Notes: generated by a model not told the origin, from the sequence alone. Numbered from the stretch's first letter, positions 1-9,481 are shown. The stretch: 64,000 nucleotides of DNA from an uncultured cyanobacterium (GCA_963749915.1 CAVVOP010000005.1:1-64000); one strand, 5' to 3'. Program-made: numbers and translations.

Positions 1-773
1 GTTCAATTTCTTTCCACCCTTGTTGATGAGCAAATTGAAACAACTGCACCACATCTTGGGTTTTGATTGGGATGATTTCCTTTCAACGCTAAAACATAAT
101 CTCCTTTTTGCTCGATAATAGTTTCGGCAATTTCCTTTTGACATCCCATGGCATCAATACTAACTATACTTCCTTCAATGGTAAGTATTTTTAAGAGTTC
201 GGGAATGGCAGTGATTTCCTTAGATTTAGCATTGACTTTCCTTTGTCCCAAAACTAAGCGATTTTTTGTGGCCCACGCACTTACCATATGTATTGCTCCC
301 CGACTCTCACCTCTTTCTAGGGTACTGCGTAAGCTTTTTCCATCAATGGCAATTACTTGCCCCTTCGTGATCTGAGTCACTGCCTCAATCCAAGACAGAA
401 AACATTGCTGTAATTCGTTTGGTTTTAAACGTGCAAAGAGTCTCATCAATGTATCGTGAGATGGAATTCCATGAGGTAACTCTAAAAATGTTTCTAACCA
501 TTCTTTTTTGCCATGGCCATAATTTTCAATTTCGACCCAGTTATTGGCACCACAAATCATGGCACAAATGGTGATTATTACTATATCAATAAGAAGATGA
601 TCAATACTATGTTCGGCACGAGGATCCGTTAAATTTTCAAAATGTTTTGACAAAGATGCTATTGGTGAGTTACTCATAAATTAGTCAAAATAATTACATT
701 GACTATTTATTTTCTCTCATCAACCAATTTCTTTGTTTTGCTCAATTGTTAAGTTTTGTGTGCGTTTGCCCTG
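1..773 (-). mobile_element. ISAs1-family insertion sequence, 5' part; runs off the window start; transposase frameshifted
   Basis: ORF 3-677 has ISAs1 motifs (DPR, PHGIPSHDT, IAIDGK, H-x-VSAW, IDAMGCQ). Terminal repeat CAGGGCAAACGCACAC at 758-773 (minus). Homologous-looking sequence QDVVQLFQFAHQQGWKEIE continues in another frame near nt 55-70. Confidence 0.85.
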
Positions 774-803
774 GTTCGGTTATCAGGCTTCTAAACCGTA
801 GGG

Positions 804-840
804 GTTTCAATCAATGTTTCCTGAAGGGGTTGATTGAAGG
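804..840 (+). CRISPR. Single 37-nt type V-K-like CRISPR repeat (minimal or degenerate array)
   Basis: GTTTCAATCAATGTTTCCTGAAGGGGTTGATTGAAGG has the GTTTCAA...TTGAA(A/G)G shape and length of cyanobacterial V-K repeats. Its 3' end resembles the partial repeat at 964-978. No second full repeat was seen. Confidence 0.7.
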
Positions 841-951
841 GTGATCTGAGGGGGATTAAGTAGTGCCATAGCAAGTGCGATTACTAAGAATACTAACAGA
901 GGCGATCGCACCTGTTATCTCCATGACAGGATACGAACAAAATAAATAGGC

Positions 952-957
952 TATAAT
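952..957 (+). promoter_or_regulatory. Putative -10 box (TATAAT) for the delocalised homing crRNA
   Basis: Perfect TATAAT about 6-7 nt upstream of the partial repeat AGGATAGATTGAAAG. No clear -35 element. Confidence 0.5.
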
Positions 958-963
958 CAACTT

Positions 964-995
964 AGGATAGATTGAAAGGCGCGCCTGTTTTGGGA
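964..995 (+). CRISPR. Truncated repeat plus 17-nt homing (anchor) spacer targeting tRNA-Pro
   Basis: GATTGAAAG is followed by GCGCGCCTGTTTTGGGA (979-995), 16/17 identical to the tRNA-Pro sequence GCGCGCCTGCTTTGGGA (1189-1173, minus), which is preceded by a GTA PAM. Confidence 0.9.
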
Positions 996-1017
996 TAAAA
1001 AATATTTCTCCTAGAAA

Positions 1018-1129
1018 ACGACATTAATTTGTCACTGCCATTTCAACGACAAGAATTTGTCATCACGACACTTAATTTGGCACAACGACAGGAATTTGTC
1101 ACCGATGACAATTAATTTGGCACTGTACA
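1018..1129 (-). mobile_element. Tn7-like (CAST V-K) transposon end, tRNA-proximal (conventionally left) end
   Basis: Terminal TGTACA at 1124-1129 plus five 18-19 bp repeats A(C/T)GACA-n2-3-AATTTG(T/G)CA(C/T) starting at 1018, 1046, 1065, 1085 and 1105. The minus strand reads TGTACAGTGCCAAATTAATTGTCATCGGTGACAAATT. Confidence 0.9.
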
Positions 1130-1137
1130 AGGAGCGA

Positions 1138-1211
1138 TCGGGATGACAGGATTTGAACCTGCGACATCCTGCTCCCAAAGCAGGCGCGCTACCAAGCTGC
1201 GCTACATCCCG
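1138..1211 (-). tRNA. trnP: tRNA-Pro(UGG)
   Basis: CGGGATGTAGCGCAGCTTGGTAGCGCGCCTGCTTTGGGAGCAGGATGTCGCAGGTTCAAATCCTGTCATCCCGA forms a cloverleaf with anticodon TGG. Confidence 0.97.
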
Positions 1212-1332
1212 TTACTAGCCTTACCAATCATAACCTATGTTTGAGTTGTTCGACAAGTTAAATTTTAATCAGGATACCAAAACTATCTCTCTTGAGTCAA
1301 TCCAGCTCTTTGAGCTGCCAGGGCAAACGTAT

Positions 1333-1465
1333 TTTGGTCAGGAAATTGACTCAAACATTGCTCAATTTCATCATCAAGGGCTTTAATTTGAGATTTATAC
1401 ATTTGATATAGTTGTAGTTCTTGAGACAAAATAAACAGTAATTCAGGACAATAATTTCCTGTCAA
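1333..1465 (-). pseudogene. IS110-like transposase internal fragment
   Basis: Peptide TGNYCPELLFILSQELQLYQMYKSQIKALDDEIEQCL resembles the helical mid-region of IS110 transposases; truncated on both sides. Confidence 0.55.
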
Positions 1466-1670
1466 AGCCCATTAGTGAGAAGTTAAACAAATGGGCAATA
1501 AGTCAAGAGTAAAGCAACACAAATTAACAAACGGCTCAGAGCCTTATTAATGATAAGATTTAAGAGTCTTTTCTTAAAAATTGATGCTAATGAGTAAGAA
1601 AATAAATCGAGATCATGCCAAGAAGAAACATCATCCCCTCATGGAAAATGAAGCTATTATTTCTCATTTG
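1463..1670 (+). pseudogene. IS4-family-like element end with transposase N-terminal fragment
   Basis: From 1584 reads MLMSKKINRDHAKKKHHPLMENEAIISHL, resembling N-termini of cyanobacterial IS4-family transposases, then breaks off. Confidence 0.45.
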
Positions 1671-1755
1671 TCTGATTATTATTTCCGAACTTCCCCCTTT
1701 GACAAAAACGAAAACCTGTGCTGTGTAAAGTTTTGAACCACTTATCTCCCCCTAT

Positions 1756-2235
1756 TTACTGGGGACAAATTAAGGAAATCTCCACCAAATCTAATGCCTT
1801 TTGTTGTAATCGTGTTGGTCGAGTAATGGTCTGGAAACTAGACTTTCCCTGAGCCAAATTACATTCTACTTCCACAAGACAAATTGTCCCTAAATCTTCT
1901 AATAAAGTCCGAAAACTATGTAGGGGATAATCATCTTTATTCCTTTTTTTTCTGTCTTTTAACTCGGCTGATTTACTCCGAGATGCTCTCACTATTTCTT
2001 TATATTTATTTTCTGTGTCCTCATCTTCAAATAATAATGATTTTAATGCTTTTTTCAAATGCCATTCCACATAATAAGCCAACATACATAAAAAAATATG
2101 AGCCTTAACTCTATCTCCTTTGTAGTGATAAAACGGATTTAACTAATTCATTAATCTTATTATTTGTTAAAATTCCTCTATCTGTTACCCATACCACATT
2201 GGTGACCCCAAAACGATTTCTTACCTTTTCAATAT
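1756..2235 (-). pseudogene. IS1634-family transposase, internally deleted fragment
   Basis: Fragments VVWVTDRGIL and DRVKAHIFLCMLAYYVEWHL...HSFRTLLEDLGTI...PTRLQQKALDL are typical of IS1634. The segment between them is missing. Confidence 0.75.
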
Positions 2236-2439
2236 TGACTGTCCACAAATCTTAAGAAAACCTTGAATTTACATGGGTACAAGCGAACTAAATTTATGAG
2301 GCTCTAAATTAGAACTGATATCGACTAGGAACGCAATCGGCTCTCTAGCCCAGTTAACATTTATAGAAAGAAAAAAACCATTAATTATTTTCAGTACTCA
2401 TCGGAATTTTAAACCCTGGTTCATTTACGTACCTGTCCA

Positions 2440-3933
2440 CTAGTATCCTAAATCGACAGCGATACGATGGGCACAACTGAAACCAGAAAAAGCCACTGCA
2501 TTTAAACCCTGTCCGGGGAATGTACTGTCACCGACACAATAAAGATTTTTAATAGCAGTGCGATTGAAAGGCATTGATAATAAACCCTTAAGTCGCTTGG
2601 CCGGAATGGGTCCATAAGTACCATTCATCCGTCCTAAAAATCTTCTATGAGTTCGAGGAGTGCCGATTTCCATATAATCTAAACCGGCGTCTAAGCCAGG
2701 GAAAATAGCCTCTAAACGTTCAATTAAACACCCGGCAGCCTCCTCTTTTTTATACCGATATTGTTGAGGAGATAAACCTTCCCAATATTCCATCGAGCTA
2801 GGGGTGAAAGCGTGGATGATATGATAACCTTCAGGTGCTAAACTGGGATCTAATAGGGTAGGAATCGAGACGAAAGTAGTACCCTGTTCAGCTTCCAAAT
2901 TACCCCATTTGTCTAAAATTATATGATGACATTCGGGATTATGGGCTAAAACTTTGGCTTCGACTCCTAAATGTAGGCTTAAAAAGCTAGGGGATTGTCG
3001 ATAATTTTTTTGCCATTTTTCTTCCGCCTCCGGTTTTTGTGTTTTATCGATTAATTTATCGAAGGTATCCCAACGGGTAGCATTGGAGACAATTTTTTCC
3101 GCAAAATATTCTTTCCCGTCAGCTAATTTTACCCCCACGGCTCGGTTATTTTTAATAATAATTTCTATTACCCTTGCTTGATAACGAATTTCTCCCCCTA
3201 ATTTTTCCAATCCCTCTGCTAAAGTTTCCCCTATTTTACCGACTCCTCCTTTGGGATAGTTGATACCACCATAATGGCGATCGGAAAATACCATTCCAGC
3301 ATTAATCATGGGGGTTAAATCTGCGGGGACAACAGACCAACAATAACACTCCATATCAATAAATTTGAGTAATTCACGGTTTTTGATATATTTACGGGCA
3401 ACATCACCCACATTCAAAGGTAAATATTTCACCAATCCGAGACAGGATAAAGGATGTTGGAAAAACACACGGGTTAAGTAACGGATTTCCTCAAGAGAAA
3501 GTAACTCCATCGAATTGAGACAGTTAAACACCCGCCAACACTCATCATAAAAACCCTTGATACCCTTTTGTTCTTCAGGGAAACGGTTATATAATTCTTG
3601 TAAAAACTGATCATAATCCCGATGAACTTTGAGATCTAGGTTATTGGGTAAATGATAATGAATTTGTACAGGATCCCGGATCGTTTCCATTGTCCTATTA
3701 ATGGCTGATAAGGCACGGGTTAGTAAATTAGTAGTCCCTTTTTCCCCAAAACCGAAAATCATCGAGGCACCAACATCGAAACGATAACCTTCCCTTTCAA
3801 AATAACCAGCACTGCCACCGGGAATAAGATAGCTTTCTAAAACTAATACTTTGATTCCTTTTGCGGCTAATTGGGTTGCTGTAACTAAACCGCCAATACC
3901 TGAACCAATGACAATGACTTCATACTGACTCAT
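2440..3933 (-). CDS. crtH: Carotenoid (prolycopene) isomerase CrtH/CrtISO
   Basis: GSGIGG FAD motif, FDVGASMIFGFG, C-terminal GDSTFPGQGLNAVAFSG. Confidence 0.92.
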   Translation of the reverse strand: MSQYEVIVIGSGIGGLVTATQLAAKGIKVLVLESYLIPGGSAGYFEREGYRFDVGASMIFGFGEKGTTNLLTRALSAINRTMETIRDPVQIHYHLPNNLDLKVHRDYDQFLQELYNRFPEEQKGIKGFYDECWRVFNCLNSMELLSLEEIRYLTRVFFQHPLSCLGLVKYLPLNVGDVARKYIKNRELLKFIDMECYCWSVVPADLTPMINAGMVFSDRHYGGINYPKGGVGKIGETLAEGLEKLGGEIRYQARVIEIIIKNNRAVGVKLADGKEYFAEKIVSNATRWDTFDKLIDKTQKPEAEEKWQKNYRQSPSFLSLHLGVEAKVLAHNPECHHIILDKWGNLEAEQGTTFVSIPTLLDPSLAPEGYHIIHAFTPSSMEYWEGLSPQQYRYKKEEAAGCLIERLEAIFPGLDAGLDYMEIGTPRTHRRFLGRMNGTYGPIPAKRLKGLLSMPFNRTAIKNLYCVGDSTFPGQGLNAVAFSGFSCAHRIAVDLGY

Positions 3934-3953
3934 AATCTCGATGTGTGATTTAT

Positions 3954-5054
3954 TTATAAACTGACGATTAAATAAGCATCTTGGAATTTTGCACTCTTGA
4001 CAGATTGCCCTTTTAATGGTGGTGGTAAGAATATATTACGACGTTGATCTCCGGCAGAAATAGTTATTTCTGGGCCAGATTGGCTCAATTTTACCTGTTT
4101 TTTATCAAATCCGGGCAAAAAGATCCTTACTTCTCGGTTATTTGTCTCGATAGTTAAGGGTTTTGGTGCTTTAATAGCTTGTTTTTGAAAATCAGGTAAA
4201 GCAGAAGATAATTCTTCCAAGTTGTTAGATTCTATATTGGGGATGGAGTTGATCGTTAAAAGGTTAAAGGCGGTTTCTATTTCTGGGGTTATTTCCCTTT
4301 GGTTGAGTAAGACTCCGCCAACGGTTAAACCAATTTGTTGTGCACTTCCCCACCAATATCTCGCTGTGGCGATCGCCTCTGGGGTAGAATTAGTAACGAG
4401 AAAACCAGCTACCCGACGAGGATCATTGACAGCATTTTTACCTTGATCTAAAATCTGATCAGCTTCATTACTAGGTTGTTGGACAAAATTGTCCGCACTC
4501 CAAGAAACATTTAAAATCGCACTGGTGACAGGTTGTACAAAAGGGGATAAGGTTTTAACAATATCTGAGTTTTCCAGTAAGTTGCGTACTCGTCTAAGAT
4601 ACCAACTTAAAGTCTCAGGAATGCCGAACATTCTGACAACATTAAGGCTACTTTTACCATCATAAACAATGACATCATATTTTCCCGTTTGATCCTGTTC
4701 CCTGAGATAATTTAAGGCTAAAGCATCGTCCATGCCGGGTAATAGTGCTAATTCTTGGGCAAAGATATTATTGAGTACTGGCGATCGTAAATATTTAGCC
4801 TCTATTTTTTTTAATTCTTCCCAACTAGTTTCCAATAATTGACTACTTTGCAATTGAATAGCGTCCAAGTTAGGACTTATTTCGGTGATGGTGGATTCCA
4901 CTTCTACTCCTATTTGCCAAGGAAAAGACGGCGTGGAATCTTGCACCACTAGCAAAACTTTTTTGCCTAATGTAGCGTATTTTTGAGCAGATGCGATTGC
5001 TGTTATGGTGCAACCAATACCACCTTTACCTAAGAATGTGAGTATAAAAGCCAT
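3954..5054 (-). CDS. ArsA/Get3-family ATPase-like protein with C-terminal alpha-crystallin-like domain (Get3d type)
   Basis: Likely start MAFILTFLGKGG with a deviant Walker A; ELALLPGMD; C-terminal FLPGFDKKQVKLSQSGPEITI. Confidence 0.85.
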   Translation of the reverse strand: MAFILTFLGKGGIGCTITAIASAQKYATLGKKVLLVVQDSTPSFPWQIGVEVESTITEISPNLDAIQLQSSQLLETSWEELKKIEAKYLRSPVLNNIFAQELALLPGMDDALALNYLREQDQTGKYDVIVYDGKSSLNVVRMFGIPETLSWYLRRVRNLLENSDIVKTLSPFVQPVTSAILNVSWSADNFVQQPSNEADQILDQGKNAVNDPRRVAGFLVTNSTPEAIATARYWWGSAQQIGLTVGGVLLNQREITPEIETAFNLLTINSIPNIESNNLEELSSALPDFQKQAIKAPKPLTIETNNREVRIFLPGFDKKQVKLSQSGPEITISAGDQRRNIFLPPPLKGQSVKSAKFQDAYLIVSL

Positions 5055-5161
5055 TTTGATAATTGATAATTGATAATTGATAATGAACAATTAATGTCTG
5101 TTGAAATTTCCTATGGGGAATCAAAATTAATTTGTTCTTGCTAATTGTTAATTGCTAATTG

Positions 5162-5362
5162 TTAATTGATTACCTGAACTTCATCTTCAAAAAACCAGTT
5201 AGTCGTAGCATCAGAAAATTGTACAAATACTCCTATACCACTACCATCAGTCATTTTAAAGGATTTGATTATTCCTTGTTGTCCTTGTTGTGCTTTCTCA
5301 ATAATCTCAGGGGATACTTTTTCTCTAAGACGACAAATTTTTACTTTTTGTCCTACTTCCAT
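5162..5362 (-). CDS. petP: Cytochrome b6f-associated subunit PetP (DUF2862)
   Basis: 66 aa with KMTDGSGIG...WFFEDE motifs. Confidence 0.85.
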   Translation of the reverse strand: MEVGQKVKICRLREKVSPEIIEKAQQGQQGIIKSFKMTDGSGIGVFVQFSDATTNWFFEDEVQVIN

Positions 5363-5446
5363 AATTAATTTCTAATAATTTATTTAATCAACAACTCTCA
5401 ATCCTATCATAAATGCTGTCACCAGAACAGATGATCCCCGATGGAA

Positions 5447-6283
5447 TTATTGATTATTTAACCGACAATGTCCTTCTCCTACATGACCCAATGAGTTAAT
5501 ATTATTCATTAATTTTTGATAGTCTTCAGGACTTAAACTTTTTTCAAGAGTGGCTAAATCCACCTTCAACTGGCCATTTTGGGCAAGAATAGCGAGGGGT
5601 TGAAAACCCAATGCACTAATATTCAAATCATCGTTGGCAGGAGTTTGTCCATCTCCAAATAAATGATCAAAATGGAAAGTAGTTTCTATTTCCGCTGTTT
5701 TTCCGGCTTCTAAAATTCCTTTTCTTTGATCTCCGATAAATTCCCCACAGGTATAATCAGAATTAATGGGCAAACTAATCAAAAATTTAACGGTTTCATT
5801 TTCTTTAACTGCCGTACCATCAAGGATTATACTACCAGTGTTTTCTTGATTATTAACTAATTTCCAAGCAATCGCATTATAAGACCCTACAGGAGCAGAT
5901 ACTTGGGTTACTTTTATCGGTGGTGCATTTTCGCCTCCTGCGGCTAAGTCAACGGTAGTGGCTTCACTAATCAAAGTAACAGATTCAGTGGGTTTTAGTT
6001 CTTCATCTTCTTCCGAATTAAAAGGGGGATTGGTTTGATAGGCGACAACATCGGCTAAAGTAACATGGGCGTGATTGAAGTCAATGTGCCAACCATCTTT
6101 ACTCACAAATCCTTGCCGAATAAAATCTTCTCCGTTAGCCACTAAGGTTAACGTTTCTCCTGGTAAATTTTCGGTGTTCGATTCCGTGGTGGTAAGTTTA
6201 TTATTAGGGTTACAACTGGACAAAATTACGGCGATGGTGGCAGTTTTGATGACAATATAGGGAATTTTTTTGACTATACTCAC
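5447..6283 (-). CDS. Putative lipoprotein (DUF4382-like)
   Basis: Lipobox-like ILSSC; ANGEDFIRQGFVSKDGW; His-rich motifs FHFDHLFGD and GHVGEGHC. Confidence 0.65.
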   Translation of the reverse strand: MSIVKKIPYIVIKTATIAVILSSCNPNNKLTTTESNTENLPGETLTLVANGEDFIRQGFVSKDGWHIDFNHAHVTLADVVAYQTNPPFNSEEDEELKPTESVTLISEATTVDLAAGGENAPPIKVTQVSAPVGSYNAIAWKLVNNQENTGSIILDGTAVKENETVKFLISLPINSDYTCGEFIGDQRKGILEAGKTAEIETTFHFDHLFGDGQTPANDDLNISALGFQPLAILAQNGQLKVDLATLEKSLSPEDYQKLMNNINSLGHVGEGHCRLNNQ

Positions 6284-6406
6284 GTTATTGATGGCAATTT
6301 AATTTTAAATTTCATGATGATTTAATCTTTATTTTTCTTCAATCCCCCTGTCAGGTATTTTGTAAAATTTTAGAAAAAATATGAATAGGGTCTGGAAGAG
6401 TCAGTT

Positions 6407-7456
6407 TTATGATTGGGAAGATAATTCATCACTCATAATCTTTAAGCGAATCATTTTATCTCCGCCATCGTCTAAACGTATTTCTATGACTTCACTAGTG
6501 AGTTTTTCTAAACAACTTAAAAGCGATCGTAAATTAGGACTACTAGACCCAGTTTCCACATAAAGACGATCGGCAACACTACCTATTTTTTTCCACATAG
6601 TGTATAGTTTGCCAACACTTTGTTCTAAGTTTGTCGCTTGTTTGACCAAATCGGCGGTAATATTTAAACAGTCTAATCTTAAGGCTTCGTCTAAGGCCCT
6701 TTCTATATCCACGGAAGAATCTCTTAAAGTTTCAACTTGAGAAGCGGAATCTAAATATTTAGCTAAATTTTTGGCAGTGGAAGTCATTTGTTTGACGGTA
6801 TCAATATCGGGATTCGCCTCGACCTCCTTCTGAATTTCCTCTATTTGTTCTTCCGGTAGTTTCTCTAATTCCTTCACTAAAGGTGCTAAATGACGGGGTG
6901 GTAATGAACCATCGACGGCTTTTTCTTTGACAATATCTGGCAATAAATCAGAATTCATCGCCGTATATTCATCAGTTAATTGTTTTACTTCTCTGCGGGT
7001 AATGCGATCGCCATTTTGTGCCGCCTCGCTAACTAATTTTTGGATTTCTGGTTCAGCTTTAGCGGTTTCCACAAAGGCACGTTTACTAAAATTATTGATG
7101 GCTTTAGGGTCTAAATTACCATCTTCTAAGAGAGTATCAGCACTATTGGCTAATTGAATAAAAGCATAGGCTTGACTTTTGGTAATTTCCCTATTTTTCA
7201 GCCAGTTGAGAAAACCGGTACCTCTACCTTCACCGCCGTGTTTTTCCCTATCTCTAACGGTCCTTAAGATTCGACCACGCCAAATATCCGTTTGTAAATC
7301 GAAGCGATCGCAAATCTTCCAAACATCATCAACTTGTTGCAGAAACTCCCCCTCGTCAATACCATCATCTTCAGGATTGGGTAAATCGAAATCTAAATCA
7401 GCGGGAATCGATAAAGCCTCAGCAATATCTACAGTTGAAGGGAGAGTCTCTATCAT
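6407..7456 (-). CDS. Conserved cyanobacterial hypothetical protein
   Basis: 349-aa uninterrupted ORF with helical composition; function not recognised. Confidence 0.7.
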   Translation of the reverse strand: MIETLPSTVDIAEALSIPADLDFDLPNPEDDGIDEGEFLQQVDDVWKICDRFDLQTDIWRGRILRTVRDREKHGGEGRGTGFLNWLKNREITKSQAYAFIQLANSADTLLEDGNLDPKAINNFSKRAFVETAKAEPEIQKLVSEAAQNGDRITRREVKQLTDEYTAMNSDLLPDIVKEKAVDGSLPPRHLAPLVKELEKLPEEQIEEIQKEVEANPDIDTVKQMTSTAKNLAKYLDSASQVETLRDSSVDIERALDEALRLDCLNITADLVKQATNLEQSVGKLYTMWKKIGSVADRLYVETGSSSPNLRSLLSCLEKLTSEVIEIRLDDGGDKMIRLKIMSDELSSQS

Positions 7457-7589
7457 GATCTTATATTCCTATGATTGAACCAAAAAACCAACACCTGAAT
7501 AAAATACCATTTTTTGTCGATAGACTGTTAGCTTTTTTGCTTTAATTTATTAGAAGTTACATTATGTATTCCGCATTGCATTGGTTAAT

Positions 7590-8081
7590 TTAGGTGATTT
7601 TGTTGAATCGTAAATTACTTAAAAACCTGAGCCATATTCTAGCAGGGTTATCATAAAAGGTAAAAATATCGCCATAAGCTGAGTTTATGTTGTCATGGTG
7701 TTGTTGATGAATTTCTGGGGTGGTGATAAACATAAATTGGCAAATATTAGCTATAGCAGAAGGGGTTTTTTTATGGGTACTATGTCGCCAAATAACGTGC
7801 ATTTCAGCGATCATTAAGCCGAAAATAACTCCCAGGGGAGAGAGATGCCAGAGGAAAGGAATTGGCATCAGGTAAGGTGTCACTCCCAGAAAACCACAGA
7901 TTAATACTTGAGGTTTTTTATGGACGATAGCATAGCTAATAAAACTACGATTAGGACTATGATGGATAATTTGATGATATTTACCAAAAACATGTTCAGG
8001 CACATGATAGAGAAATGTAGCAATAAAATCTCCTATCATTAGTAAAGATAAGGATACCAGTAACGATTGAATAATCAACAA
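7590..8081 (-). CDS. Sterol desaturase/fatty acid hydroxylase-family protein
   Basis: His boxes YHVPEH, HQIIHH, HVIWRH, HQQHH; hydrophobic. Confidence 0.75.
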   Translation of the reverse strand: MLIIQSLLVSLSLLMIGDFIATFLYHVPEHVFGKYHQIIHHSPNRSFISYAIVHKKPQVLICGFLGVTPYLMPIPFLWHLSPLGVIFGLMIAEMHVIWRHSTHKKTPSAIANICQFMFITTPEIHQQHHDNINSAYGDIFTFYDNPARIWLRFLSNLRFNKIT

Positions 8082-8191
8082 GGTTAACTCCTCAATTTAG
8101 CTTAATTTCAGTTATCAACTTAGAGGATATTGATTAAATTTATTTTAAGGAGTAGTTAAATTTACTTAAAAATTAGTGTAATTATCGATTA

Positions 8192-9268
8192 TTACTTGGT
8201 GGCGACCCAATATTTACTAAAACCATAGATTTTTACTTCAATATCTGTAAAACCTGCTTTCTCTAACTTTAACTCTATATCATCCCTAATATAGTCGTTA
8301 TAAAACGGTTCATGAAAAGCGATAGAAAAGTTAGCCATCATCGCCTCTAATTCTGGAGAATCAGATAATTGCATTGAATCACAAATCACGAAAACCCCTC
8401 CAGATTGTAAAACCCGAAAAGATTCATCAATGACTTTTTGTCTGACAGGATTTGGCAACTCGTGGAACAAAAAAACGTTACTCACCCCGTGAAAATAATT
8501 ATCTTGATAGGGTAAATTTTCAACATTGCCTTCTATTAATTGAGGTAACTCTTGAGGTAATTGGGATAAAAATTGATTGGCTTTGCGTAAATAAGCTGAA
8601 GATAAGTCAACTCCATATAAAGACACATCAGGAAAACTGGCCCTCAAGAATTGCAATGTTCTTCCTGTTCCACAACCACAATCCAATATTTTGCACTCAG
8701 AGTTACTATCAAAATTCCTTAATCTTTCTTGGAGGGGTTTTAAGATTCGGCGACGCATAGCATCAGCGATACCATTAAAAAGAATATCCACTTGTAAATC
8801 ATAAAGATTAGCAGATTTATCACTCAAGTAACCGTCTGTTTGATAGTGAAAGTTACGGCGGTAATATTGAGGATAGGATTCTAAATTGACATCGGCGGCA
8901 AAATCTTGAGGTTTTTGTTTTTGCATCCGCATCCAAATTTGAGGATAATCCAACCAAATATTTACATAGGCTTGTAAGAATGCTTGCCAATCGACGTCGA
9001 ATAACAAACTAATGGGATAAATTCCCCTTTCAGCATCTTGCCAATCTTCCTCAATAATTGTTTGCAATCTAGCTTGTAAAGTTTGCAGGGTTTCAGGGGT
9101 TATTTCCTTATATTGAAGACCATTAGTGGGAAAAAAGACTTTTTTGATTTCGGTACTAAGGTTTTTATGTGCTAGGCTGGAACCGGCTTTGATTTTTTGC
9201 CATGTTTCATAGGCATTCCTCAGCAACTCATTGGGTAAAAACTGCATTAAATCAAGATTCGGTTGCAT
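8192..9268 (-). CDS. Class I SAM-dependent methyltransferase
   Basis: ILDCGCGTG motif I; NFHYQTDGYLS; FLFHELP. Start uncertain (9298, 9268 or downstream). Confidence 0.85.
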   Translation of the reverse strand: MQPNLDLMQFLPNELLRNAYETWQKIKAGSSLAHKNLSTEIKKVFFPTNGLQYKEITPETLQTLQARLQTIIEEDWQDAERGIYPISLLFDVDWQAFLQAYVNIWLDYPQIWMRMQKQKPQDFAADVNLESYPQYYRRNFHYQTDGYLSDKSANLYDLQVDILFNGIADAMRRRILKPLQERLRNFDSNSECKILDCGCGTGRTLQFLRASFPDVSLYGVDLSSAYLRKANQFLSQLPQELPQLIEGNVENLPYQDNYFHGVSNVFLFHELPNPVRQKVIDESFRVLQSGGVFVICDSMQLSDSPELEAMMANFSIAFHEPFYNDYIRDDIELKLEKAGFTDIEVKIYGFSKYWVATK

Positions 9269-9481
9269 AATTGCGATACATAGTATAGTTATGATCAATT
9301 CGGGTGTAGGTTTTTAATATTTGGGCGAAGGTGAGACTTGGAAGAGGGGGAAGAGGGGGAAGATTCCTCAACCAAAGAATAGGCTTTTCACTCCCTTGTC
9401 TACTTTCCTTCCTTGTCCTCCTTATCTTGTCAACACCTAATTATAAAAAACCTACCCTTGTCAGAATGCCCACCCTAAGGA

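Noticed and set aside
902..909. Recurrent GCGATCGC palindromes throughout the window
   Set aside because: Known cyanobacterial HIP1 sequence; useful for taxonomy but not novel.
841..950. Possible additional CRISPR repeats after the 804-840 repeat
   Set aside because: No GTTTCAA or TTGAAAG-like unit at the expected period of about 70-75 bp; only the partial repeat at 964-978 is supportable.
1283..1465. 60-aa ORF as a real gene
   Set aside because: Chimera of an IS110-like fragment, an ISAs1-type terminal repeat and an IS1-like fragment.
5055..5095. N-terminal extension MFIINYQLSIIK of the ArsA-like ORF and AATTGAT tandem heptamers
   Set aside because: Ordinary cyanobacterial short tandem repeats read through in frame; the likely start is ATG at 5054.
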